The notes under the pieces were generated by a model. The model was given only the letters and a program-made list of their open reading frames with translations. It ran no database searches and was not told where the DNA came from. Positions 41,961 to 51,862 of a DNA stretch of 64,000 bases are shown here, one piece after another. Source of the stretch: Candidatus Fervidifonticultor secundus (GTDB taxonomy: Bacteria > Sysuimicrobiota > Sysuimicrobiia > Sysuimicrobiales > Humicultoraceae). The stretch lies in the NCBI GenBank assembly GCA_031459385.1, contig JAVKIP010000002.1, positions 355 through 64,354 of the forward strand. The letters run 5' to 3'. A program made the position numbers and the translations under genes. Every line of letters begins with the position of its first letter. Position 1 is the first letter of the stretch.

Positions 41961-42932
41961 GTGGAGTGGGAGATCCTCGTGCGGATCCTGCCGACCGTCG
42001 TCGTCGACGGGTTCGTGCTGGGGTTCGTCTACGCCATGATCGCCCTGGGCTACACCATGGTCTACGGCGTCTTGCAGATGATCAACTTCGCGCACAGCGA
42101 GATCTTCGTCATGGGGGCGTTCGTGGGCGCGGAGACCCTGCTGATCTTGCAGGCCGGTGGCGCGCTGCACGCCCTGCACCCCCTGCTCCTGCTGGCGCTG
42201 ATCCTCACCCTGGCCATGGCCGGCAGCGGCATGCTGGCTGTGGCCGTCGAGCGGGTGGCCTATCGCCCCCTGCGAGGCGCGCCACGCCTCATCCCGCTGA
42301 TTTCGGCGATCGGCGTTTCGTTCTTCCTGCAGGACGCCATCCGGCTGTTCGAGAGCCTGTGGCGCAACGCGTTCTACCTCACGTACCCGACCATCGACTT
42401 CTTCGACACGCGGATCCCCCTGGTCGGCGAGGTCGACATCTCGGTCAAATCCGTCCTGATCGTCGCCGCGTCGCTGCTGATGCTGGTGGGTCTCACGCTC
42501 TTCGTGAACCGAACGAAGCTCGGCATGGCGATCCGGGCCGTGGCCGAGGACCAGCCCACCGCGGGGCTCATGGGCGTCAACGTGGGGCGGATCATCTCCC
42601 TGACGTTCCTCATCGGCGGAGCGATGGGCGGCGCGGCCGGTGCGCTGTTCGGCGTCCAGTTCGGGACGATCAACCCGTACACGGGGTTCATCCCGGGCCT
42701 GAAGGCGTTCACAGCCGCCGTCCTGGGGGGCATCGGCAACGTGCCCGGCGCGATGGTCGGGGGACTGGTCCTGGGCATGCTGGAGGCGTTCGCGGCGTCG
42801 TACATGTCGCTGCTCACGGGTGGCGCGTTCGGTGCCGAGTACAAGGACATCTTCGCCTTCAGCGTGCTCATCGTCATCCTGATGTTCCGGCCCCAGGGCC
42901 TGCTGGGGGAGGTCGTCCGTGAGAAACTCTAG
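41961..42932 (+). CDS. livH: Branched-chain amino acid ABC permease
   Basis: ALGYTMVYG..MINFAH, KAFTAAVLGGIG. Confidence 0.95.
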   Translation: MEWEILVRILPTVVVDGFVLGFVYAMIALGYTMVYGVLQMINFAHSEIFVMGAFVGAETLLILQAGGALHALHPLLLLALILTLAMAGSGMLAVAVERVAYRPLRGAPRLIPLISAIGVSFFLQDAIRLFESLWRNAFYLTYPTIDFFDTRIPLVGEVDISVKSVLIVAASLLMLVGLTLFVNRTKLGMAIRAVAEDQPTAGLMGVNVGRIISLTFLIGGAMGGAAGALFGVQFGTINPYTGFIPGLKAFTAAVLGGIGNVPGAMVGGLVLGMLEAFAASYMSLLTGGAFGAEYKDIFAFSVLIVILMFRPQGLLGEVVREKL

Positions 42933-44214
42933 CGTGCGGGCCCTGGGCCTGGCGCTCTATATCGCCGGCACGGTCTACCTCGTGGCGTCGGTGCCCCGGT
43001 CGTTGCCCGCCTTCCTGCTGTTCCTGGCGTCGATCTTCCTCCTTGCCCACCTGGACCTGCCGGGCTGGTTCCGCGGGCTCGGGCTGGTGGTGGTCCTGGC
43101 CGTGCTGATGCCCTACGTCGGCGTTCGGAACGCCTTCTACCTCGAGGTGGCCACGCAGGTCGGGATCTTCGTGGCGCTGGCGCTGGGTTTGAACATCGTC
43201 GTGGGGCTGGCCGGGCTGCTGGACCTGGGGTACGTGGCCTTTTACGCCGTCGGCGCCTACAGCTGGGCGATCGTCGGCTCGCCGCAGGCCCTGAAGATCT
43301 GGCCGGAGGCCACCCACATCCTCCCGCTGGGGGGCTGGTGGTTCTTCGTCTTCCTGCTGGTGGCGGTGGTTCTGGCGGCGCTCACCGGAGTGTTGCTGGG
43401 ACTGCCGGTCCTGCGGGTGCGCGGCGACTACCTGGCCATCGTCACGCTCGGGTTCGGCGAGGTCGTCCGCGTTCTGGCCAACAATCTGGACAAGCCCATC
43501 AACATCACCAACGGCCCCATCGGCATCACGCCCGTCGGGCGGCCGCCGTTGTTCTTCGCGCCGGTGGTGGAGATGCTGGGGCTGCCGGCGACGCCCATCG
43601 TGCTCTACCCGCTGTACTTCTACTTCATGGTCCTGGTCGTCGTCACCCTTGTCATCCTGGTCACCCAGCGCCTCAAGGACTCGCACATCGGACGGGCCTG
43701 GGAGGCGATCCGTGAGGACGAGGCCGCGGCGGTGGCCATGGGCGTGCCGCTGGTGCGCACCAAGCTGCTGGCGTTTGCCGCCGGCGCGTCGTTCGCCGGC
43801 GCCATGGGCGTGATCTTCGCCGGCAAGCAGCTGTTCATCAACCCCGAGAGCTTCACGTTCATGGAGTCGATCGGCGTGCTGGCCATGGTGATCCTGGGCG
43901 GCATGGGCAGTATTTCGGGGGCGATCCTGGGTGCCAGCGTGGTCACTATCCTCAACCTGCAGGTGCTCAAGCAGTTGTCGCTGACGTTGAACAGCTGGCG
44001 GCAGGCCGGGGTGGAGATCCTCGGGTATAACCTGGCCCACCTGCCCACGCAGCTGGAGCCCGCCAAGTACGAGCGCATGGTCTTCGGCGTCATCCTCATT
44101 CTCATGATGATCTTCCGCCAGCAGGGGATTCTCCCGTCGGCGCGCCGCCGCATGGAGCTGGAAGAAGCCCGGCAGGTGGCCGCCGAGGAGGCCCTGGCCG
44201 GCGGTGGGCGCTGA
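42919..44214 (+). CDS. livM: Branched-chain amino acid ABC permease
   Basis: LGLNIVVG.AGLLDLGYVAFY, RGDYLAIVTLGFGE. Confidence 0.95.
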   Translation: MRNSSVRALGLALYIAGTVYLVASVPRSLPAFLLFLASIFLLAHLDLPGWFRGLGLVVVLAVLMPYVGVRNAFYLEVATQVGIFVALALGLNIVVGLAGLLDLGYVAFYAVGAYSWAIVGSPQALKIWPEATHILPLGGWWFFVFLLVAVVLAALTGVLLGLPVLRVRGDYLAIVTLGFGEVVRVLANNLDKPINITNGPIGITPVGRPPLFFAPVVEMLGLPATPIVLYPLYFYFMVLVVVTLVILVTQRLKDSHIGRAWEAIREDEAAAVAMGVPLVRTKLLAFAAGASFAGAMGVIFAGKQLFINPESFTFMESIGVLAMVILGGMGSISGAILGASVVTILNLQVLKQLSLTLNSWRQAGVEILGYNLAHLPTQLEPAKYERMVFGVILILMMIFRQQGILPSARRRMELEEARQVAAEEALAGGGR

Positions 44215-44998
44215 CGTGGCGCTGCTGCAGGCGGCGGGTGTCACCAAACGCTTCGGCGGTCTGGTCGCCGTGCACGGCGTGGACTTCACGCTGGAGGAGG
44301 GGCTGATCGCCAGCATCATCGGACCCAATGGCGCCGGGAAGACGACGTTCTTCAACGTGCTGACCGGCGTCTACGCGCCAGAGGAGGGGCAGGTACGGTT
44401 CCGCGGCCGGTCCATCGTCGGCCTGCGGCCCGACCAGATCACGGCTTTGGGCATGTGCCGGACGTTCCAGAACATCCGCCTGTTCGGCACCATGACCGTG
44501 GTCGAGAACATCCTGGTGGGGATGCACAGCCGGCTGGGCCTGGGCGCGTGGGACGCGCTGCTGCGCACGCCTCGCTTCCACGCCACGGAGCGCGACGCCC
44601 TGCGGCGGGCGCGCGAACTCCTGCAGCTCGTCGGGCTCTCCGGGCGGGCCAACGACCTGGCCAAGAACCTGCCGTACGGCGACCAGCGCCGTCTGGAGAT
44701 CGCGCGCGCGCTGGCCAGCCAGCCGACGCTGTTGCTGCTGGACGAGCCCACCGCCGGGATGTCGCCCACGGAAGCGCTGGCCCTGATGGACTTCCTGCGT
44801 CGCCTGCGGGCCGAGCTGGGCCTGACGATCCTGCTGATCGAGCACAACATGCGCGTGGTCATGAACATCTCCGACCGGGTCACGGTGCTGGACTACGGCG
44901 AGAAGATCGCCGAGGGGCCGCCCGCGCAGGTGCAGAACGACCCCAGGGTCATCGAGGCCTACCTGGGCGCTACCAAGGGCGTGGCCGCGATCCGGTAA
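44204..44998 (+). CDS. livG: Branched-chain amino acid ABC ATPase (start 44204 or 44216)
   Basis: FGGLVAV, GPNGAGKTT, RTFQNIRLF, LPYGDQRRLEIARAL. Confidence 0.95.
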   Translation: MGADVALLQAAGVTKRFGGLVAVHGVDFTLEEGLIASIIGPNGAGKTTFFNVLTGVYAPEEGQVRFRGRSIVGLRPDQITALGMCRTFQNIRLFGTMTVVENILVGMHSRLGLGAWDALLRTPRFHATERDALRRARELLQLVGLSGRANDLAKNLPYGDQRRLEIARALASQPTLLLLDEPTAGMSPTEALALMDFLRRLRAELGLTILLIEHNMRVVMNISDRVTVLDYGEKIAEGPPAQVQNDPRVIEAYLGATKGVAAIR

Positions 44999-45010
44999 CG
45001 GGGCCAGCGA

Positions 45011-45721
45011 ATGGCGCTGCTGGAGATCGAGAACCTCCACGTCTACTACGGTCACATCCACGCCCTGCGCGGCATCACCGTGACCGTGGACGAGCGCGAG
45101 ATCGTGGCGCTGCTGGGCAGCAACGGCGCCGGCAAGACGACCACGCTGCGCACCGTATCGGGGCTGCACCGGGCGCGGGAGGGGGCCGTGCGCCTGGAGG
45201 GCGCCCGGATCGACGGCCGGCCGCCCCACGAGATCGTCGCGCTGGGGATCGGGCATGCGCCCGAAGGGCGGCGCATCTTTGGCCGGCTGACCGTGCGCGA
45301 GAACTTGATGATGGGCGCGTACCGGCGCCACGACCCCGGGGGGATCCGGGACGACCTGGAACGGGTGCTGACGTTGTTTCCCCGCCTGCGCGAGCGCCTG
45401 GGCCAGGTGGCCGGGACGCTGTCAGGCGGTGAGCAGCAGATGCTGGCCATCGGCCGTGCCCTGATGACGCGGCCGCGGGTGCTGCTGCTGGACGAGCCCT
45501 CCATGGGCCTGGCGCCGGTGCTGGTAGAGCAGATCTTCCAGACGGTTCTCGACATCAACGCCCAGGGGACCACGGTGCTGCTCGTCGAGCAGAACGCCTA
45601 CATGGCGCTCACCGTGGCGCACCGCGCCTACGTGCTGCAGACCGGGGAGATCACCCTCCAGGGATCGGCCGCCGAGTTGCGCGAGAACCCCGAGGTCAAG
45701 CGGGCCTACCTGGGCGGCTGA
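45011..45721 (+). CDS. livF: Branched-chain amino acid ABC ATPase
   Basis: GSNGAGKTT, PEGRRIF, LSGGEQQMLAIGRAL, DEPSMGLAP. Confidence 0.96.
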   Translation: MALLEIENLHVYYGHIHALRGITVTVDEREIVALLGSNGAGKTTTLRTVSGLHRAREGAVRLEGARIDGRPPHEIVALGIGHAPEGRRIFGRLTVRENLMMGAYRRHDPGGIRDDLERVLTLFPRLRERLGQVAGTLSGGEQQMLAIGRALMTRPRVLLLDEPSMGLAPVLVEQIFQTVLDINAQGTTVLLVEQNAYMALTVAHRAYVLQTGEITLQGSAAELRENPEVKRAYLGG

Positions 45722-45759
45722 GCCGCCCGCAGGCCGCGCAGCCCGGCCCGCCCCGCCGG

Positions 45760-47523
45760 TCAGTCCCCGTTGCGCGGCAGCGTGACGACGAACGTCGTGC
45801 CCGCGCCGGGGGCGCTGGTGACGGCGATGCGCCCGCCGTGGGCCTCCACGATGTGTTTGGTGATGGCCAGGCCCAGGCCGCTGCCCCCCGGGCTCGCCGG
45901 CCGGGCCCGGTCGGCCTTGTAGAAGCGCTCGAAGACGTGGGGCAGGTCGTCCGGGGCGATGCCCGGCCCCGCGTCCGAGATCGAGATCTCGACCTCCCCG
46001 TCGGTGCAGCGCCAGCCGATGGCGATGCGGCCGCCGTCGGGCGTGAACTTGATGGCGTTGTCCAGCAGGTTGGTGAGGACCTGGCTCAAGCGGTCGCGGT
46101 CGGCCAGGGCGACGACCTCGCCGGGCGGCGCCTGCACGTCGAACACCCGCGCGCCCGCCAGCGGCCGCAGCCGGGCCAGGGTCTCGTCCACCAGCGTGCC
46201 CACGTCGACCTGCCCCAGCTGTAGGGTGACGCGCTTGTCCTCCAGCCGCGAGAGGTCCAGCAGGTCGTCGACCAGCTTCACGAGCCGGTTGGCCTCTTTG
46301 TCGATGATCTCCAGGAAGCGCCGGCCCGTCGCCTCGTCGTGCATGGCGCCCCCCAGCAGCGTCTCCGCGAACCCCTTGATCGACGTCAGAGGGGTGCGCA
46401 GCTCGTGGGAGACGTTGGCCGTCAGCTCCCGTCGCACGCGCTCGAGCCGGCGCAGCTCGGTGACGTCGCGCAGCACCGCGACGGCCCCGCCGGGGCCACC
46501 GCCCTCACCCGGCAGCGGCGCGCAGTGGACCTCCACCAGGCGGGTGCCGACCTCTGCCGGCGGCAGCTCCCCGGTGCAGGGCTGGCCGCGCGCCGCCGTC
46601 TCGGCCAGCAGCGCGCGCAGGCGCGGGCCGGGCCGCAGGAACGCCTCGTCGCCCCTGCGCCCGGGCGCCAGGAGGTCGGAGGCCGCCCGGTTGGCCAGGA
46701 TGAGGGTGCCGCCGCGGTCGACCGCCACCACGCCGTCGGACATGCTGGCCAGGATCGTCTCCAACCGGGTGCGCTCTGCCTCCAGGGTCGTCACCATCTC
46801 GCGCAACCGGCCGGCCATGTGATTGAAGTGCTCGGCGAGCCGTGCGATCTCGTCGGCCCCGCGGGGCGCGACGGTCTGGGTGAGGTCGCCGGCGCTCATC
46901 CGCGTGGCCACCCGGGTGAGGTCCTCGATGGGCTCGACGAGCCCCCGGGCCAGGCGTGCGCCCAGCACCCAGGCCAGCACCATCCCGATCACCAGACCGA
47001 CACCCAGCTGCGGGAGCATCCGGCGCAACTGCACCCACACCCATCCCGTCGGCACCGATACGTGCACGACGGCGAACAGCCGGCCGTCCACCAGCACCGG
47101 CGACGCGGCGAAGACCCGCTGGCCGCCCTCGGCCGGATCCCGGCGGACCGTCCGGAACGTGCAGTCGCCGGTGCGCTGGGGCGCGTCCAGGCACGCTGCC
47201 AGGGCAGCCAGTTCGCCGGCAGGGCCGGTGCGGGCCGGGGTGCGCAGCGCGGCGGCGGGAAGCACCCGGATGGTGGCGTCGGGCCGCCAGCGGAACTCCT
47301 GGGCCAGGCGTTCCAGGCGCGCGGGGTCGGCACCGCCGTCCCGTGCGTACTCCTCGAGCATGCGGCCGATGAGCCGGGCCTGGCGCTCGATCACCCACGC
47401 GTAGGTGGTCGTGTACTGCAGCTGGAGGCGCCAGGTGACGAACGTGGCCACCAGCACCAGGCACAGCGTGGCCAGCGCCAGGTACGAGAGGGCCAGGCGG
47501 CTGCGGATCGAGCGCGGCCTCAT
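45760..47523 (-). CDS. Sensor histidine kinase (HAMP-PAS-HisKA-HATPase, PhoR/WalK-like)
   Basis: Starts MRPRSIRSRL; two TMs; NVSHELRTPL, NLLDNAIK, FERFYK, GSGLGL. Confidence 0.93.
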   Translation of the reverse strand: MRPRSIRSRLALSYLALATLCLVLVATFVTWRLQLQYTTTYAWVIERQARLIGRMLEEYARDGGADPARLERLAQEFRWRPDATIRVLPAAALRTPARTGPAGELAALAACLDAPQRTGDCTFRTVRRDPAEGGQRVFAASPVLVDGRLFAVVHVSVPTGWVWVQLRRMLPQLGVGLVIGMVLAWVLGARLARGLVEPIEDLTRVATRMSAGDLTQTVAPRGADEIARLAEHFNHMAGRLREMVTTLEAERTRLETILASMSDGVVAVDRGGTLILANRAASDLLAPGRRGDEAFLRPGPRLRALLAETAARGQPCTGELPPAEVGTRLVEVHCAPLPGEGGGPGGAVAVLRDVTELRRLERVRRELTANVSHELRTPLTSIKGFAETLLGGAMHDEATGRRFLEIIDKEANRLVKLVDDLLDLSRLEDKRVTLQLGQVDVGTLVDETLARLRPLAGARVFDVQAPPGEVVALADRDRLSQVLTNLLDNAIKFTPDGGRIAIGWRCTDGEVEISISDAGPGIAPDDLPHVFERFYKADRARPASPGGSGLGLAITKHIVEAHGGRIAVTSAPGAGTTFVVTLPRNGD

Positions 47524-48236
47524 GGGCGTCCCTTCCGGCGCGCGGGCTCGGGCGCGCGGAGCTTGTAGCCGACGCCGCGCACGGTGACGATGTAGGTGGG
47601 TGCGGCGGGATCGTCCTCGATCTTCTCCCGCAGCCGGCTCACGTGCATGTCGACCGTGCGCGTGCTGCCGTAGAAATCGTGCCCCCACAGGTGTTCGAGG
47701 AGGAAGTCGCGGGTGAAGATGCGATTGGGGTAGCGCATGAACAACCGCAGGAGGTCGAACTCCCGGGCCGTGAGGTCCACCGGCCGTCCCTGGAGGGTCA
47801 CTTCGTGCGTGACCGGGTCGAGCCGCAGCTCCCCGACCTGGAGCGGCTCCTGCGCAGGCGGCGGCACCTCCCGGGCACGCCGCCGCAGCACCGCTTTCAC
47901 GCGGGCGACCAGCTCGCGGGGACTGAACGGCTTGGTGACGTAGTCGTCGGCCCCGCGCTCGAGTCCTTCGACCCGTTCGAGCTCGCCGCCGCGCGCCGTG
48001 AGCATGATGATGGGCACCGGGCCCTCGCGGCGCAGCTGCCGGCACACCTCCATCCCGTCCAGGCCTGGCAGCATCAGGTCGAGGATCACGAGGTCGGGGC
48101 GCTCGGCCCGGGCCCGGGCCAGCGCCGCGTGCCCGTCGCCCGCCGTGGTGACCTCGTAGCCCTCCTGGAGCAGGTTGTACCGCACCAGCTCCACGATGTG
48201 CGGCTCGTCGTCCACGACCAGCACGCGCGCGTGCAT
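47520..48236 (-). CDS. OmpR/PhoB family response regulator
   Basis: VLVVDDE, DLMLP, GADDY.TKPF, RTVDMHVSRLREK, TVRGVGY. Confidence 0.95.
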   Translation of the reverse strand: MHARVLVVDDEPHIVELVRYNLLQEGYEVTTAGDGHAALARARAERPDLVILDLMLPGLDGMEVCRQLRREGPVPIIMLTARGGELERVEGLERGADDYVTKPFSPRELVARVKAVLRRRAREVPPPAQEPLQVGELRLDPVTHEVTLQGRPVDLTAREFDLLRLFMRYPNRIFTRDFLLEHLWGHDFYGSTRTVDMHVSRLREKIEDDPAAPTYIVTVRGVGYKLRAPEPARRKGRP

Positions 48237-48239
48237 CGC

Positions 48240-48647
48240 TCACATCACCCGCCGCAGTTCGCCGCCGATGTAGCCGGTAGCCGCGATCAGGACCGCGCCC
48301 AGAACCGCGAGCCCGACGAACACCGGCCGGGACAGGGCCGGCCGGCGCCACCGCGCCAGGAAGCTCACCAGGTACACCCCAGTGGCCGCAGCCGCCACCA
48401 GCTGGTGCACGCGGTGCTGGGTGACGAACTCCTGCCCGATCCCCTGCGCGACCAGGGGCAGGTAGTCGACGTAGCCGCTCGCGACCGACGCCACCGCGCC
48501 CAGCAGGCCCAGGCCCACGAGCCACTGCGAGGCGCGCAGGTGGCCCAGGTCGCCCGACCGCAGGAACAGCACGTCGAACAGCGCGCTGGTCAGCCACAGC
48601 GCCACGGGGAAGTGCACGATCAACGGATGGACCAGAAAGGGCATCAC
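48240..48647 (-). CDS. DUF2231 family membrane protein
   Basis: HPLIVHFPVAL, four TMs, TGYIGGEL. Confidence 0.85.
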   Translation of the reverse strand: MMPFLVHPLIVHFPVALWLTSALFDVLFLRSGDLGHLRASQWLVGLGLLGAVASVASGYVDYLPLVAQGIGQEFVTQHRVHQLVAAAATGVYLVSFLARWRRPALSRPVFVGLAVLGAVLIAATGYIGGELRRVM

Positions 48648-48835
48648 ACCACCTCGCGGTGCCGGTCGGGCCGCGCGGCCAGCGAGAGCCGGCGGCCGTG
48701 CCCACGGCCTGTCAGAGTCGTTCGGCTCCGGCCGGCCGGCCTCCTCGGGGCAGGCTAGCGCCGTCGGGTAACGGCGGTGTCACTCAAAGGGCGCGCGCCC
48801 CGGTGCGTCGAAACGCGCTGGCGGTGAGCCACCCG

Positions 48836-50038
48836 ATGAGCACCGACGCGCTGGACACCCGGGCCAACCCCCTGGCCTTCCTCGACGACGAGCTGCGCGA
48901 CCTGCGGGCGCGCGGCGCCTGGCGCTGGCCGCGGCTGCTGGAGGGACCGCAGGAGCCCTGCAGCCGCTACGACGGGCGCGAGGTCATCAACCTGTGCTCC
49001 AACAACTACCTGGGGCTCGCCACGCATCCGGCGCTGAAAGCCGCCGCCCGGGAGGCCCTGGACCGCTACGGCGTGGGATCGGGCGCGGTCCGCACGATCG
49101 CCGGCAACATGAGCCTGCACCAGGAACTCGAGGCGGAGCTCGCCGCGTTCAAGAAGACGGAGGCCGCGCTGTTGTTCCAGTCCGGCTTCACCGCCAACGC
49201 CGGTACCGTCGCGGCGATCCTGGGCAAGGGCGACGTGGTGGTGAGCGACGAGCTCAACCATGCCAGCATCATCGACGGTTGCCGCCTCTCCGGTGCCGAG
49301 AAGAAGATCTACCCCCACGGCGACGTGGCCGCGGCGCGGCGCCTGCTGGAGGAGGCGCGCGGCGCGCGGCGCGTGCTGCTCATCACCGACGGCGTCTTCA
49401 GCATGGATGGCGACATCGCCCCGCTGCCCGCGCTGGTGGAGGCCGCCGAGGCTTACGGCGCCATCATGATGGTGGACGACGCCCACGCCAGCGGCGTGCT
49501 CGGCGATGCCGGCCGCGGCACCGTCGACCACTACGGGCTGCACGGCCGCGTGCACATCCAGGTGGGGACGCTGTCCAAGGCGTTCGCGGGGCTGGGCGGC
49601 TACGTCGCGGGCAGCCGCGCGCTGATCGACATCTTGATGCACCGGGCCCGCCCGCTGCTGTTCTCCACCTCCCATCCGCCGGCGGTGGCGGCTGCGGCCC
49701 TGGCGGCCGTGCGGCTGGTGCAGCGGGAGCCGCAGCTGATCCAGCGGCTGTGGGAGAACACGCGTTTCTTCAAGGAGGGGCTGGGTCGGCTCGGGTTCGA
49801 CACCGGCCGGAGCCAGACGCCGATCACGCCGGTGATGATCGGTGACGAGCGCGCGGCCTTCGCCTTCTCGGACCGGCTCTTCGAAGAAGGGGTCTTCGCG
49901 GTGGGGATCGCGTTTCCCACGGTGCCGCGTGGCGCTGCCCGCGTGCGCACCATCGTCACGGCCGCACACACCCGCGCACACCTGGAGGCGGCGCTGGACG
50001 CGTTCGCGCGGGCCGGCCGCGCGCTGGGAGTGATCTGA
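48836..50038 (+). CDS. kbl: Glycine C-acetyltransferase / 8-amino-7-oxononanoate synthase family
   Basis: SNNYLGL, GSGAVRTIAG, ELNHASIIDG, TDGVFSMDG, DDAH, GTLSKA. Confidence 0.9.
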   Translation: MSTDALDTRANPLAFLDDELRDLRARGAWRWPRLLEGPQEPCSRYDGREVINLCSNNYLGLATHPALKAAAREALDRYGVGSGAVRTIAGNMSLHQELEAELAAFKKTEAALLFQSGFTANAGTVAAILGKGDVVVSDELNHASIIDGCRLSGAEKKIYPHGDVAAARRLLEEARGARRVLLITDGVFSMDGDIAPLPALVEAAEAYGAIMMVDDAHASGVLGDAGRGTVDHYGLHGRVHIQVGTLSKAFAGLGGYVAGSRALIDILMHRARPLLFSTSHPPAVAAAALAAVRLVQREPQLIQRLWENTRFFKEGLGRLGFDTGRSQTPITPVMIGDERAAFAFSDRLFEEGVFAVGIAFPTVPRGAARVRTIVTAAHTRAHLEAALDAFARAGRALGVI

Positions 50039-50039
50039 C

Positions 50040-51287
50040 CTGACCGTTCCCACCAGGGCCTTCGGCGCGCTGCTCTCCCCGAGCGAGGCGCGCGAGCGCT
50101 ACCTGGCCGCGCTGGAGGCGGCGCCGCGCGGGGTCGAGGAGGTGCCGGTACACGCGGCGCTGGGTCGGGTGCTGGCCGCGGACGCCGTGGCCGGAGTCGA
50201 CCTCCCGCCCTTCGACCGCTCCGCCGTGGACGGTTGGGCCGTGCGGGCGGCCGACGTGGCCGGGGCTGCGGTCGACCGACCGGTCAGCCTGCGCCACGTC
50301 GGAGAGGTGACCATGGGAGCCGAAGCAGGGCTGCGCGTGGGCACGGGCCAGGCCGTCCGCGTGCCGACGGGCGGGATGCTGCCCCCAGGCGCCGACGCCG
50401 TCGTGATGCAGGAGGACGTCACCTTCCGCCCGCCGGAGGTGCTGGTCCGACGGGCAGTGGACGTGGGCGCCAACGTCGTGCCGCGCGGCGTCGACGTCCG
50501 TGCGGGCGAGGTGGTCCTGGCCCGTGGCCGCCGTCTGCGGCCTGCGGACCTGGGGATCCTGGCCGGGCTGGGGTACGCGAGGATCGCGGTCACGGTGCGG
50601 CCGCGGGTGGCAGTGGTGTCCACCGGTGACGAGGTCGTGCCGCCGGGGGCGCCGCTCGGTCCCGGGCAGGTGCGGGACATGAACAGCGCGGCGCTGGCGG
50701 GCGCTGTTGAGGCGGCCGGCGGCGTGGCGGACCCGCTGGGCATCGTGCGGGACGATCGCGGGATGCTGGAGGCGACGCTTTCGGCTGCCGTGAGCAGCCA
50801 CGAGATGGTGCTGGTCTCGGGCGGCTCGTCGGTCGGCGAACAGGACAGCGTCGCCGAGGCGATCGGCGCGCTGGGTCCACCGGGAATCATCGTGCACGGT
50901 GTCGCGGTCCGGCCTGGCAAGCCGACGATCCTGGCGGCCGCCGGCAGGGTGCCGGTCATCGGCCTGCCCGGCAACCCGGTCTCGGCGCTGGTAATCTTCG
51001 ACCTCTTCGCGCGCCCCGTGCTCGAGCGCCTGCTGGGCATGGATCCGGCCGCGCGTCCCTGGGACCGGGTGCGGGCGCGCGTGGCGGCGCCGGTGCCGGC
51101 CGCCGGGGCCAGGGAAGACCACCGGCGCGTGCGCCTGGAGGCGCGCCCCGACGGCCTGTGGGCACAGCCGCTGCCCGCAGCGTCGCAGGTGCTGACGTCG
51201 CTGGTGCGGGCAGACGGGATCGTCGTCGTGCCGGCTGGCGGGCCCGGGTACGCGGCGGGAGACGAGGTCGAGGTGCGGCTCCTGTGA
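50040..51287 (+). CDS. moeA: Molybdopterin molybdenumtransferase; probable CTG start at 50040
   Basis: PPFDRSAVDG.AV, TGG.LP.GADAVVMQE, STGDEV, SGGSS, RPGKP, LPGNP; the in-frame upstream segment LLSPSEARERYL is the usual MoeA N-terminal helix. Confidence 0.9.
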   Translation: MTVPTRAFGALLSPSEARERYLAALEAAPRGVEEVPVHAALGRVLAADAVAGVDLPPFDRSAVDGWAVRAADVAGAAVDRPVSLRHVGEVTMGAEAGLRVGTGQAVRVPTGGMLPPGADAVVMQEDVTFRPPEVLVRRAVDVGANVVPRGVDVRAGEVVLARGRRLRPADLGILAGLGYARIAVTVRPRVAVVSTGDEVVPPGAPLGPGQVRDMNSAALAGAVEAAGGVADPLGIVRDDRGMLEATLSAAVSSHEMVLVSGGSSVGEQDSVAEAIGALGPPGIIVHGVAVRPGKPTILAAAGRVPVIGLPGNPVSALVIFDLFARPVLERLLGMDPAARPWDRVRARVAAPVPAAGAREDHRRVRLEARPDGLWAQPLPAASQVLTSLVRADGIVVVPAGGPGYAAGDEVEVRLL

Positions 51288-51862
51288 CCGGGCGGACGCG
51301 TGCCGGAGGCCCAAGCCCCAGGGGGCGGGGCCTGGCAGCCAGCCGGCAGCCCGCCACAGCCGCGAGGCTCACGCACGTCGATGCCGCCGGACGCAGCCGG
51401 ATGGTGGACGTCTCGGCCAAGCCCGCCACGGTCCGTCGCGCCACGGCCCGGGGCGAGGTCCACATGCAGCCCCGCACGCTGGCCCTGCTGCGCGCCAACC
51501 GGCTCGCCAAGGGCGACGTGCTCGGTGTCGCTCAGGTTGCCGGCGTGCTCGCGGCCAAGCGCACGGCCGAGCTGATTCCCCTGTGCCATCCGCTGCCGCT
51601 CGCGGATGTGCAGGTCCGGCTGACCCCGCACAGGGCGCCGGCGCGCGTGGCCATCGAGGCCACGGTGCGGACTGTGGCGCCCACCGGCGTGGAGATGGAG
51701 GCGCTGACGGCGGTGGCTGTGGCGGCCCTCACGGTGTACGACATGTGCAAGGCCGCCGACCGCGCGATGACGATCGAACGCATCCGGCTCGTGCACAAGG
51801 CCGGCGGACGCCGCGGGGAGTATCGCCGTCCAGGCGAGCCGCCTCCCCAGGAGGAGTCATGA
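51284..51862 (+). CDS. moaC: Cyclic pyranopterin monophosphate synthase
   Basis: LTHVD..G..RMVDVS.K, KGDVL, LIPLCHP, TGVEMEAL, YDMCKA. Confidence 0.96.
   Translation: MTGRTRAGGPSPRGRGLAASRQPATAARLTHVDAAGRSRMVDVSAKPATVRRATARGEVHMQPRTLALLRANRLAKGDVLGVAQVAGVLAAKRTAELIPLCHPLPLADVQVRLTPHRAPARVAIEATVRTVAPTGVEMEALTAVAVAALTVYDMCKAADRAMTIERIRLVHKAGGRRGEYRRPGEPPPQEES

Noticed and set aside
45760..48705. 981-aa ORF suggesting a hybrid kinase
   Set aside because: The kinase starts at 47523; the extension is an off-frame reading of the response regulator and DUF2231 genes
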